Made by a program: the position numbers and the translations under genes
Shown here: in pieces, positions 47,201 to 56,319 of the stretch
Numbering within the stretch: the stretch's first letter is position 1
Layout: each line of letters begins with the position of its first letter
Assembly: GCA_934249265.1 (NCBI GenBank)
Contig: CAKQKQ010000001.1
Span: 15,614-79,613, forward strand
Source: an uncultured Clostridia bacterium
Lineage (GTDB): Bacteria; Bacillota; Clostridia; Christensenellales; Borkfalkiaceae
Reading direction: 5' to 3'
DNA length: 64,000 bases
The notes under the pieces: generated by a model
Told to the model about the DNA's origin: nothing
What the model saw: the letters and a program-made list of their open reading frames with translations, nothing else
Database searches by the model: none

Positions 47201-47478
47201 CCGACACGAAAAGCAAAGGTTTTAATCTCGATGGCAAAGATATGCTCACCGAAGACGAGATGGAAGCGTATTTAAAGTACGCCAAAGTTTTGTCCGAAAA
47301 GGCGATCGATAAAATAAACGAAGGCTACATTTTGACTACGCCGTACGAGGGCAGTTGTACGTATTGTAAGTTCAACGGAATATGCGGCTACGACGATGTT
47401 TTTTGCAGAACACGAAGCGTAAGCGCAAGCGGCGAAACCATTAAAGATGCGGTAAAAAAGGAGGAAGAAAATGGCTGA
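44218..47478 (+). CDS. addB: helicase-nuclease subunit AddB (RexB), Fe-S type
   Basis: Start MKVFLADN follows AAGGAAG. C-terminal RecB-type nuclease (IRIVDYKSGK) with Cys pattern CPYKC ... CTYCKFNGIC. Overlaps addA by 8 nt. Confidence 0.88.
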   Translation: MKVFLADNYVQVKEKIADIAERHGNNLDDGLLVFCEEKFTMAIEQKIAERCGGGFNNEVSSFNLFLRKNSDRKNVLSRQSSSVVMRKIMSENADKLSCFNAKNKPTLPVTIYELIAQLKSAKVKPQDVSFAAENVKGTLKSKLLDVALIFGEYEKYLLNGGYLDTNNSFAEMPEIILKSEKIKRSTVVFAGFPSVTGQIADVINAVMLTAKETIFVLVGGENEDLYLNETLSFLRSEGQILDIEKCNYYINDTAKEIRDNLFCPTLTPAQKGVDGIKAYVAKSLSDEVKQAALRITYEVKRSNMRYQDFTVAVGDLPTYKLLISKYFKDYDIPFYIDESIKLSSHPIIKLIVNCFNAYIWNFDMSKVLSVVTDDLFCSDKDVVDKFVAYVMRYAVTRYTVKNKFTEDVEDIDKIEELRSRFISIFDTLKRRDSVTNYVKFVKRLLEISEVEQNLLVISEKLNAMGELIKQSFNEQSIDKLQAVLLDLDTLAGDDFVDVKEFCEMLLSGAEACSISILPQYADCVYVGDFSSAKYKGEKYLFALGLNADVPHVKADTAVLTDNDLCKLDSLSVVIEPKISIVNKRERESVGLTVTSFSSGIYISYSMLDAKGKADVAGELFKDLCKLFSVKEKNYTEKAFFNREQLDENKNALLDYISLRTGTMNFMAESCAFASKAVDDNRQSSAFYKAVEKLDQSATVDLDLRLKGLDISMSEATSGRAAGSTDLYFTGGQVSVTTLEDYFSCPYKCFLKHGLKIKESDDGAVKVTEFGTFLHAVLEEFVNLLKKDTQSITDENLRDIVCEIFDTEAAKEDYARYLNKKQISYAFGLLKEEAVNVCREIYCSYKTSSFIPFGTEVRFGDNERFPAVKLKTGKKEYKVRGVVDRADVCGDYIRIVDYKSGKIKDVRANFYDESMLYSGKKLQLYLYMNAFVSGTGYKPAGMYYCAVNNNYRGEGETEYRTKLMGKTLFSDDVASKSDNSLAQGHAVSDIINIKYSDTKSKGFNLDGKDMLTEDEMEAYLKYAKVLSEKAIDKINEGYILTTPYEGSCTYCKFNGICGYDDVFCRTRSVSASGETIKDAVKKEEENG

Positions 47479-50400
47479 TTATACTGCGGCTCAAGAAAAA
47501 GCGATAAATCACGAAGGCACTTCCGCACTTGTTTCCGCGTCGGCGGGCAGCGGTAAAACTCGGGTAATGATCGACAGAATAATTAAACTTATTTTGCAAA
47601 AGAAAGCGCAAGTCAACGAAATTCTTGCGGTCACGTTTACTCAACTTGCGGCAAAACAAATAAAAGAAAAACTTTCTTCCGCGCTAATAAAGTCCATTAC
47701 CGAAGAAAATTACGACTACATAAAAGAGCAGTTAAATTTGTTGCGCACGGCAAACATTTCCACGATTCACTCGTTTTGCTCAAACGTGTTGCGCACCTAT
47801 TTTTACGAGGCTGGTTTAGACGCAAACTTTTCTATAATCGACGAAGTTGAGGCGGAAAAACTTAAAAATCAATCGGTAAACGATTTATTCGAGGACAAAT
47901 ACGAGTCCGGCGACGAAGATTTTTTGTCGCTTGTCAAGGTGTTTTCTCAAAAGCGCAGCGACAATTCGCTCAAACAAAACGTAATGAGTATTTACGGTTT
48001 TATCATGGACGAAAGCGAGCCGTTTTCTACTTTTGACAAGACTTTACGCTATTACGACGATAGCGGTTTAAAGGAAATCGAGAACAAAATCTACGACTAT
48101 TCCATTGAAAAAATCGCCCGATATTCAGAGCAACTCGAAGGTTTTGCTGACTACTTTACCGACAACGGTATGCCCAAAACCGACAAAACCGTGCGCGAAA
48201 TCATCGCCGAAACCAAAGTGCTTTTATCTGCAAAAGATTTATCTACGCTTGTGCGTTACGCCCAAACGACGACTTTCGGCACGTTTGCAACCGACGTAAA
48301 AAAGGACGACGACAGATACGTTGTAAAAGCGGCGGCAATGGACGTAAAGACGAAACTTTCAAACCATATAAAATGGATTGTGGGTAAAGTCGGGTTTACG
48401 TTTGCCGACGACAACGTGCGCAAGTATTTAAACATGAAGCCGATGCTTGAAAAATATTTCGACCTTGTGAAAGAGTTTAAAAATTATTTCGACTCGGCAA
48501 AAAGAAGAGAAAACGTCGTTGACTTTTCCGACCTCGAACATTTCACTTACGAACTTCTTAAAAACGACGAAATTTTAACCGCCATTAAGGATTCGTTTAA
48601 ATACATATTCATCGACGAATATCAAGACGTCAACGGTGTGCAAGAGGCGATTTTCAGTTCGCTTTCTTCAAACAATTTGTTTATGGTGGGCGACGTAAAG
48701 CAGAGTATTTACGGTTTTAGGGGGTGTAATCCCGAGTTTTTCGCTCAAAAATACGACAGGTTTTTAAATGGCGACGGTGGCGAAGCGATTTTTCTCGAAG
48801 AAAATTTCAGGAGCGCGCCCGAAATTTTAAACACCGTCAACAAAGTGTTCAATAGGGTAATGCAAAAAGACTTTACGGGTGTAGAGTACAAAGCCAACCC
48901 CATGAAGTACGGCGGACTTTACAAAAATTATCAAGGCGAAACTTTTATTCATTCGGTAAATTTCGATAAAAAGAAAGAAAAGCCCGTTTTCTCGGGTGTT
49001 TACGATATAGAAAAACATTTAAGCATGCTGGGCAAAAGCGAAGAAAATAAAAAGGCGCAATTCCTCGCATGGCTTATTCAAAACGAAATCGGCAAACCCA
49101 TTTACGACTTAAAACAAAACAAAGAAAGGCGTGTCACTTTCGGCGATATCGTCATCTTGACGAGAGACTTCGGCAAAAGCGAAGACGAAACCTTTGCCGC
49201 GCTTTTGTCTTACGGTATACCCGTGTCTACCGAGGCTAAAAAAAGCATAAGCGACTACCCCGAAATCAAGTGGCTCGTAGACCTTTTATCGCTTATAATA
49301 AACCGCACTCAAGACATACCGCTCGTGTCGGTAATGAAAAGCCCCGTGGGTAATTTCGATAATGCCGACCTTATAAAAATAAGAAGCGCGTACCCCAAAG
49401 AAGAGACCTTTTATGGCGCGTTTACGCAATACGTATTGAACGAAAATGACAGTTTAAGCGAAAAATTAAAGAGTTTCAACGCCTATATGGATAGAATAAG
49501 GCTGCTTTCCGAATACGAGTCGGCGAGTGAAATTCTCTCTCGCGTTATCGTCGAGAAAAACGTCGATACTTATTATCTCGGCATGCCTTTCGGGCAAATT
49601 AGAAACGAGAGAATAAATTTATTTATTCAGCATTGCGACGGCGGCAAAAAGTACGGCGTGAGAGAACTTTACGACAGACTCGAGTACGTGCTTAAAAACG
49701 CTACCATATCCATCGTCGGCACTGAAGACGCGGTAAAAGTAATGACGGTGCACGCCTCGAAGGGACTTGAGTTTCCCGTGGTTATTTTAAACGACTGCGG
49801 CAAACGGTTTAGCCTTAAAGATAAAATTTCGGAGATATACAAAGAGAGAAGTTGCGGTATCGCGTTTAAAAATTACGACTATGAAAAAGGCACGGTTTGC
49901 GACGACACGCCGCATAGGCTTATGGCGAATATCGCCTTGACCGAGCGCACGATAAGGGAAGAAATGCGCCTTTTGTACGTTGCGCTTACAAGGGCTGAGT
50001 GCAGATTGCATATCGTCGCATATAACTACGACTTCACCAAGCAAAAGCACGTTTCCGATTTCAACTGTTTTGCCGATTATATTCAAGAAACCGACGCAAA
50101 TATCATGTATTACGAAAACGACGATTACGCTTTGGACGAACGCGAAGCGCAAGAGGGCGCAAGGCAAGTCATCGTTGCCGATTACGATGAAAACACGGTC
50201 AATGAAATTTACAAAAACTTGTCGTTTAAATACGCTTATTCAAGCGATACGTCTCTCCCCGTGAAAAAGAGCGTAACTTCCGCATTAAAGCAAGAGGACG
50301 AGTTTTATGAAAGAACGACTATGTTCGGCGAATCGGACAGCGAAGTCGGCACGGCGTACCACAAAGCACTTGAAATAATCGATTTTTACGGCGATTTCGA

Positions 50401-50809
50401 TAAAGAGTGGCAAAAGTTTTTGTCTTTAACGGATAAAGAGCAATCGTCGCTTGTGGATAAACAGAAATTAAAAAATATACTTTCAATGCCGATTTTCGGT
50501 GCTCTCGACGGATATAAATTATATAAAGAACAGCCGTTCACCGTAAACATAAGCGCGAAAGAACTTTTGGATATCGACACCGACAGGCAAATTTTAGTGC
50601 AAGGAATAATCGACTTGCTCGCGATAAAAGACGGCGACGCCATAATCGTGGACTACAAACACTCGACCATCCTTCACGGCGAAGATTTGATAAAAAAATA
50701 CGAAAAGCAGTTGCGGCTTTACAAAACCGCCGTCGAAAAGGTGCTTAAACTTAAAGTAAGCGAGTGTTATTTGATTAATATTTACACTTTAAAGACGGTT
50801 AAGGTGTAA
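47471..50809 (+). CDS. addA: helicase-nuclease subunit AddA (RexA)
   Basis: UvrD-type helicase motifs SASAGSGKTRVM, FIDEYQDVN, VMTVHASKGLEFP. C-terminal nuclease GIIDLL...IIVDYKHS. Confidence 0.92.
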   Translation: MADYTAAQEKAINHEGTSALVSASAGSGKTRVMIDRIIKLILQKKAQVNEILAVTFTQLAAKQIKEKLSSALIKSITEENYDYIKEQLNLLRTANISTIHSFCSNVLRTYFYEAGLDANFSIIDEVEAEKLKNQSVNDLFEDKYESGDEDFLSLVKVFSQKRSDNSLKQNVMSIYGFIMDESEPFSTFDKTLRYYDDSGLKEIENKIYDYSIEKIARYSEQLEGFADYFTDNGMPKTDKTVREIIAETKVLLSAKDLSTLVRYAQTTTFGTFATDVKKDDDRYVVKAAAMDVKTKLSNHIKWIVGKVGFTFADDNVRKYLNMKPMLEKYFDLVKEFKNYFDSAKRRENVVDFSDLEHFTYELLKNDEILTAIKDSFKYIFIDEYQDVNGVQEAIFSSLSSNNLFMVGDVKQSIYGFRGCNPEFFAQKYDRFLNGDGGEAIFLEENFRSAPEILNTVNKVFNRVMQKDFTGVEYKANPMKYGGLYKNYQGETFIHSVNFDKKKEKPVFSGVYDIEKHLSMLGKSEENKKAQFLAWLIQNEIGKPIYDLKQNKERRVTFGDIVILTRDFGKSEDETFAALLSYGIPVSTEAKKSISDYPEIKWLVDLLSLIINRTQDIPLVSVMKSPVGNFDNADLIKIRSAYPKEETFYGAFTQYVLNENDSLSEKLKSFNAYMDRIRLLSEYESASEILSRVIVEKNVDTYYLGMPFGQIRNERINLFIQHCDGGKKYGVRELYDRLEYVLKNATISIVGTEDAVKVMTVHASKGLEFPVVILNDCGKRFSLKDKISEIYKERSCGIAFKNYDYEKGTVCDDTPHRLMANIALTERTIREEMRLLYVALTRAECRLHIVAYNYDFTKQKHVSDFNCFADYIQETDANIMYYENDDYALDEREAQEGARQVIVADYDENTVNEIYKNLSFKYAYSSDTSLPVKKSVTSALKQEDEFYERTTMFGESDSEVGTAYHKALEIIDFYGDFDKEWQKFLSLTDKEQSSLVDKQKLKNILSMPIFGALDGYKLYKEQPFTVNISAKELLDIDTDRQILVQGIIDLLAIKDGDAIIVDYKHSTILHGEDLIKKYEKQLRLYKTAVEKVLKLKVSECYLINIYTLKTVKV

Positions 50810-50841
50810 ATTAAATATTTACACTTTAAAGACGGTTAAAG
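50777..50841 (+). repeat. tandem duplication spanning the addA stop codon
   Basis: AATATTTACACTTTAAAGACGGTTAAG occurs at 50777-50803 and again at 50814-50841 (with one extra A), a 37-nt period. Confidence 0.85.
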
Positions 50842-51018
50842 TTTAGTTTCGGCAAAAATTTCAAGCAAAAAACAAAATAAAGCCGAATTAAAGAGAAAAC
50901 GACGAGTTAAAAATTATTAAAATCGACTTTGTTCGACAAAATCGCCGCGCATTTTACATAATCAGTCCTTTTATATATGTTATTATGCTGTTAAATAACA
51001 AACTACACGAGGTAAATT

Positions 51019-51783
51019 ATGTTGTGCGGAGCGAATATGACCGAAAGTATAATCAAATTTTTGTCAGGAAAAGATTTATTCGGCATAGTAACGTGCTTAA
51101 ATTTTTTGGGCGTGGCGATAGGTATTACGGCAATAATAATCAGACTTTTTTGCGGCAAAAAGCAAAACGACGTTTTAAAAGTCTCTGCATTTTTTATATT
51201 TTCGCTCATTTTGTCCGTGATGCTGTCGGCAACCGACTACTATTGCGGCAACGGGCAATTCGGCGGGGCGTTTACGGTGTTTTTCTACAACTCGCTATAC
51301 GCTTTGGTGTTGTGCGTGATTTTTATCGGGTATTTGTTTGTGGGTGAAACGGCGGTAAAAAAACAGTCGGCGCACATAAAAACCGACGACGAAATACGCG
51401 GCGAAATTCGCAAATATTTTGAAAATAAAAATCCGTTTACCACGGTTGAAAAAGCCGAGTGCTTTGCAGAAAGCGCAGACGAAATCAATTTTGATTATAT
51501 AGATAAATTAATCGACAAACTGCAAAAATACAATTTATCGGCGGAAGATAAAAAGATGGTTGAAGAGATAAGTTTTTTCGTTGCGTCTTATAAAGGCGGT
51601 GGCAACGAAGAAAAAATTAAATTTTCCGACTACATGACGACGTTGATGATTTTATCGGGGAAATACGATACAAATGTCGCGTTTACGCAAGACGTATTGC
51701 GTGAAAATGGCGAAGAAAACACAGAAGGAGACACAAATGATACTGTTTTTCGATACGGAGACGACGGGGCTTGTCCCGGGTAG
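51019..51783 (+). CDS. membrane protein of unknown function
   Basis: GAGG RBS. Four hydrophobic segments in the N-terminal half and an acidic soluble C-terminal half. The 3' end overlaps the next gene by 47 nt. Confidence 0.65.
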   Translation: MLCGANMTESIIKFLSGKDLFGIVTCLNFLGVAIGITAIIIRLFCGKKQNDVLKVSAFFIFSLILSVMLSATDYYCGNGQFGGAFTVFFYNSLYALVLCVIFIGYLFVGETAVKKQSAHIKTDDEIRGEIRKYFENKNPFTTVEKAECFAESADEINFDYIDKLIDKLQKYNLSAEDKKMVEEISFFVASYKGGGNEEKIKFSDYMTTLMILSGKYDTNVAFTQDVLRENGEENTEGDTNDTVFRYGDDGACPG

Positions 51784-52399
51784 AATAATTCAACTTTCAT
51801 ACATAATGCTCGACGGAAACGGAACTCGGGCGAAAAATTTTTTCTTCGGGGTGGACTATATCGAGCCTTCCGCGGTGGCTGTGCATCACTTCACAGTGGA
51901 AAAATTGAGCAGTCTTTCAAACGGGCATACTTTCAGCACCGACATCGACGAAATTGAAAAAGATTTTTCTCAAGCGGACTTAATCGTGGCGCACAACGCG
52001 CGCTTTGATATAGATTTTTTGATAGCCGAATTTAATTATCAAGATAGGCGTTTTAGATATAAAGAATATTTCGACACCATGAAAAAGTTTACGCCCATCG
52101 TTAAAATGCCGCGCGCAAACGGCAAAGGCTACAAATATCCCAAACTTACCGAACTTGCCGAATTTTTCGATATTTACCCATACGACATCAACCGCAACAA
52201 TGCAAAACTTTTCAATTGTTTGTTGCTTGACAGTCACGACGCCCGTTACGATACCACTGCGCTGTATATGTGCTTTGAGGAGGGTGCGAAAATCGACGAA
52301 GAAACGAAAAAATTAAGGAATAAATACGTCTTAAATTGCGTCGATGATGAAAACGGCGACGTTGACAGCGCATTAAAAACCGCAACCACCGCCGAATAA
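51737..52399 (+). CDS. DEDDh 3'-5' exonuclease (DnaQ/epsilon-like)
   Basis: Start MILFFDTETTGL follows GAAGGAGA. Exo I DTETTG, Exo II AHNARFD, Exo III HDARYD. Confidence 0.85.
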   Translation: MILFFDTETTGLVPGRIIQLSYIMLDGNGTRAKNFFFGVDYIEPSAVAVHHFTVEKLSSLSNGHTFSTDIDEIEKDFSQADLIVAHNARFDIDFLIAEFNYQDRRFRYKEYFDTMKKFTPIVKMPRANGKGYKYPKLTELAEFFDIYPYDINRNNAKLFNCLLLDSHDARYDTTALYMCFEEGAKIDEETKKLRNKYVLNCVDDENGDVDSALKTATTAE

Positions 52400-52750
52400 A
52401 AAAGGGAAATCTCTTTCCTGATAAGGAGAATTATATTTGTGCAAATAAAAGCACTTTCGTGTTGGGCGAAGGTGTTTTTTGTTTGTTTAAATTGTCGCTT
52501 TGTTTTTAAGTTGTGGATAAAACACCAAAGACGGGATATATCAGTAAAATCGCAAATAAAAAACCGAAAATAAATATATTCGCAACACTGCATACAAAAC
52601 GCCGAAAATAAATTTTCACCGCAATATTACCGTGAGTAAAATGCCGAAATTAAAATATAGCCGCAAGTGCGCCGAAAAATAAAGTAGGCGAAGAAGTTTA
52701 ATAAAAAACTGCAAAATTTTGCGCGTATAACATATAAAACGTAAAAAATA

Positions 52751-52779
52751 TTGTCAAAGCGGTCGGCTTGTGATATAAT
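52751..52779 (+). promoter_or_regulatory. strong promoter with no ORF of 60 aa or more for about 450 nt
   Basis: TTGTCA (52751-52756), 17-nt spacer ending TGA, TATAAT (52774-52779), i.e. an extended -10. Confidence 0.6.
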
Positions 52780-53157
52780 TACATATATTAATATAGTTAA
52801 AACATTTAAGTAAAAAAATAAATTTATTTTAAATAAAAACAAACATTTCCACCTTAAAAAACGTTTTTATATAAATAAGGCGCAACAGCGGAAATGGTGA
52901 CGGGCATAGTAAAGTATAACGACGGCGGGAATAGAAAAAATAAAACGGGTTGCGCACATATAACCGCCAAACTAACTTAAAATAACAAAACCGCCAATAA
53001 ACATTTAGATAAAATAGCGGCAAAATCAGCAAGCCGACAAATCGGCGTAAAAGCCCGACAGACGACAGTTAAATCGTTATAAAAGCCCGACAATGCAAGC
53101 CGCAAAATCAAAGTAAAACCGAAATATCGAGACAGTCGAAAATTGGCAAATTTTCAG

Positions 53158-53193
53158 TTTTACACGATACGGTTGCGGTAAAGTTGGTATAAT
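53158..53193 (+). promoter_or_regulatory. dyad-motif copy g overlapping an extended -10 promoter of the M6 protease gene
   Basis: TTTACACGATACGGTTGCGGTAAA followed by TGGTATAAT (53185-53193). Lies 42 nt upstream of the ATG. Confidence 0.55.
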
Positions 53194-53234
53194 TTCAAAC
53201 AAAAACATAAAATAAAACGGTAAAGAGCATAAAA

Positions 53235-55199
53235 ATGAAAAACAAAAAAACGATTAAAAATTTTATATTATTATTTGCGGCGATTATGACTTTCATGTCG
53301 CTCGGCGGTAGCGGCGCAAGTATAGCCGCCCAAGCAAGACCCGCATTTTATTCAAACGGCGGCACTATACATAATATCGTTCTTTTTGTAAATTTCGCCG
53401 ATACGCAGTCGTTTGCCGACGAAAGTTATTTGCAAAAGACGGACAAAATGTACAACACGTCGGACATAAGTTTGAAAAATTATATTTCGGCAGTCAGCAA
53501 AAATAAACTTCAAGTGGAGACGCACTTTTTAAAAGATAAAAACCTCAATTTAGACGTCACCGTTGAAAAAGAGAGGGAATATTATTTGCCGAGATATCGC
53601 TACGACTCGACAAAAAACGTGTACAATGAAATCAATTCTAAAGGTTATGATAACAGATATTATTTAAACGGAAGCATCACTGCGCCGTCCACTCAAGGCG
53701 CAAAAAAATGCGTTGACGGTTTTTATAGAGAACAAACTTTATTGCGAGAGGCAATTTCTCTCGTTGACGACAGTGGAATTAATTATAATCTCGACGTAAA
53801 CGGCGACGGGTATTTGGACGGCATAAGTTTTATACTCAATACCGACGCCGTCTCTTTAGACTACGACGAATTGATTTGGCCGCATATGAGTTCGCTTTAT
53901 TATTACGGCAATTCTGTAAAAAACAGTTTCTACATTCCCAAATCCAACGCATATGACTTTTCGCTTTTAAATAAATGCACGCTTAATAGCATAGAAGTAA
54001 AAGATTACGACTTGTTGTCTTACGGGTACATCGAAAGGACAAAACTCACGGGCAGTTATTCGGGGCTCAACAACGTGGGCGTAATTTGTCACGAGTTTAT
54101 GCACACGCTCGGCATAATGGATTATTACGCTTACGACGGCGATACGGTCGAGTCGGTGGGCGAGTTCGATGTTATGGCGGCGACAACGAGTATACCGCAG
54201 TATCCATTGTCTTATGTAAGGCAAAAGGCTGGGTGGCTTAAAGACGGCGAAGATATTTTGCCGATATATAAAGACGGCGAATATTCTTTAAAACCCGTAA
54301 CGGAAGAAGGCGGTGTGAAAGCATATAAAATAGTGCTTGACGATTATTTTACCACGGGCGAATATTTTATGCTTGAAGTTAGGTCGAGTACAAACACAAA
54401 CGGCAAATTCGACTCGATGTTAAGCGAAACGGGCTTAATCGTTTACAGAGTGAACGAGAAAAACGCCTTTTACAACCAGTCAAACAAATTGGGCGCATAC
54501 GATTACGGTAACATGTACGGCGAAGAAGAAGTGTATATAATGCGTTGCGGAAACAACGAAAAAATCAACAGCCGCAGTTATTCTTACGCTATTTACAACG
54601 GAAATCTTATAGGCGACGGTTTCGAACTTTACGATAAATCCACACTCGGTTTGGGCGATTTGTCGCTCACGGTGGACACTGTAAAAGATTTGGGGCTAAT
54701 GAAGAAAAGCACGTTGATAAGTTATAGCGACGGCAAAAACAGCGGCATTAAAATTTCCGATATAGCGGTAAACGACGACGGCAAAGTAAGTTTTTACGTC
54801 GATTTACCCGACGAAACGGACAAGAGCGAATTTTTACAGCCGCAACTTAAAAAGCATTACGATTATACGAATAAAATAATTTTCAACTCCATAAGCGAGG
54901 GAGATATTTGTCACATAGCCGTAGTAGAGTACAACGAAAAAACTATCGGCAAGGCAAAAGCGGGCACGTTATACACCGCCGAGCAAATTGTAAACGGAGA
55001 AATTGACGGTCTTATTTTAAAGGACGAAACCCCCGCGGCGTTTAAAGAATATAAACTCGACGATATAAAAGAAAGGGCAATTGTTTTGGTTGTTATGGGT
55101 GACGACGAAAACGCAAAAGTGTATTACGCGGGCGAATTAAATACGCCTACCGCGCAAAAAAGTTTTTGGGATTTTTTAAAGAGCGGTTGCAAAAGGTGA
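53235..55199 (+). CDS. secreted M6-family (immune inhibitor A-like) metalloprotease
   Basis: Signal peptide. Zinc site GVICHEFMHTLGIMDYY followed by GEFDVMA, matching the M6 HEFGH..G..D.Y pattern. Confidence 0.8.
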   Translation: MKNKKTIKNFILLFAAIMTFMSLGGSGASIAAQARPAFYSNGGTIHNIVLFVNFADTQSFADESYLQKTDKMYNTSDISLKNYISAVSKNKLQVETHFLKDKNLNLDVTVEKEREYYLPRYRYDSTKNVYNEINSKGYDNRYYLNGSITAPSTQGAKKCVDGFYREQTLLREAISLVDDSGINYNLDVNGDGYLDGISFILNTDAVSLDYDELIWPHMSSLYYYGNSVKNSFYIPKSNAYDFSLLNKCTLNSIEVKDYDLLSYGYIERTKLTGSYSGLNNVGVICHEFMHTLGIMDYYAYDGDTVESVGEFDVMAATTSIPQYPLSYVRQKAGWLKDGEDILPIYKDGEYSLKPVTEEGGVKAYKIVLDDYFTTGEYFMLEVRSSTNTNGKFDSMLSETGLIVYRVNEKNAFYNQSNKLGAYDYGNMYGEEEVYIMRCGNNEKINSRSYSYAIYNGNLIGDGFELYDKSTLGLGDLSLTVDTVKDLGLMKKSTLISYSDGKNSGIKISDIAVNDDGKVSFYVDLPDETDKSEFLQPQLKKHYDYTNKIIFNSISEGDICHIAVVEYNEKTIGKAKAGTLYTAEQIVNGEIDGLILKDETPAAFKEYKLDDIKERAIVLVVMGDDENAKVYYAGELNTPTAQKSFWDFLKSGCKR

Positions 55200-55266
55200 G
55201 GGAAATTTAACGGCGATTTAAAGAAAAGGTTTAAGAATAAAACAAAAATAAAAGGGGAGATATAAA

Positions 55267-55923
55267 ATGAATAATGGTAATCAAAATGACTCGTTTACGC
55301 AAAACGGTGTGAGTAAAGACGGTATAAATTCGTCAATTGGCGAAAATTGCAGACGTTGCGTGTACGCCGACGTAAACGGCAAACCCGCAAACAACGAGTT
55401 TTGCAACAACTGTAATCACAACGAAAAGAATAAGTCGGGCGGCTTTAATTCGACTGCGGCAAATTCGGAGAAAGTCGGCTTTGACAACCCGTATTCGCAA
55501 GGCTTTAAAAACTATCAAAATCAACAGGCGAGCCAAACCAAACAAAAAAGTCAATACGGTTCAAATCCTTATTCGCAAAACGGCAATGCAAATCAAAACA
55601 ACGCAAGTCAAAACGGCAACCCAAACGGCGGTCAAAACGGGAAATCAAACGGTAATGCGTCGAGCATGTCGATAGCCTCGCTCGTGCTGGGTATAGTCAG
55701 TTTAGTGCTTTGTTGTAATCCCGTTAGAGTTTTGGGTGTGGTAACCATTCCCGTGCAGTTTATATGTTCGCTTCTCGCGATAATTTTCGCCGCAATAACG
55801 ATTAAAAAACCGCCGAGAGGGTTTGCTATAGCCGGTCTTGTCACGGGCATCGTGTCAATACTATTGTTTGTTTTCGTCGTGGTGTTTATAATGCTACTCG
55901 GCGTGGCGATGTTGCCGTTTTAA
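55267..55923 (+). CDS. zinc-ribbon / Q,N-rich / DUF4190-like membrane protein
   Basis: CRRC-x16-CNNC ribbon, low-complexity N/Q linker, C-terminal SIASLVLGIVSLVLCC plus a second TM. Confidence 0.8.
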   Translation: MNNGNQNDSFTQNGVSKDGINSSIGENCRRCVYADVNGKPANNEFCNNCNHNEKNKSGGFNSTAANSEKVGFDNPYSQGFKNYQNQQASQTKQKSQYGSNPYSQNGNANQNNASQNGNPNGGQNGKSNGNASSMSIASLVLGIVSLVLCCNPVRVLGVVTIPVQFICSLLAIIFAAITIKKPPRGFAIAGLVTGIVSILLFVFVVVFIMLLGVAMLPF

Positions 55924-56012
55924 TTTTTCGATATAACCGACAAGCCGATGCGGAAGGATTTTTACTTTTTAGCGGTAGTTTTTCGCTTATTTTTGAAATA
56001 TTATAAAAATTA

Positions 56013-56041
56013 TTGCAAAAGATTAGGTTTAATGGTATACT
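56013..56041 (+). promoter_or_regulatory. promoter about 280 nt upstream of the second zinc-ribbon/DUF4190-like gene
   Basis: TTGCAA (56013-56018), 17-nt spacer ending TGG, TATACT (56036-56041). Confidence 0.55.
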
Positions 56042-56319
56042 ATTATTATATAATGGTTTGGCATTGTTTAAATTTTGCGCAAAACGGCAGATAATCTACA
56101 AAATAAAAAGCCGACAGCAAAAACACAACCGCCTTTAAAACAAATCGGCGACCGACCATTGAAAAATCGGTAAAACCGCCATATAAGAAAATCACAAGAC
56201 GAATACATATAGTTGTTTTCAACTAAACGCGGTTTTTGCAAATTATAAACGGCAAACACATAAACAGCAAAACATAAAAAGGCGAATACTTAAAATAAAG
56301 TAAAACGGAGATATAAAAA

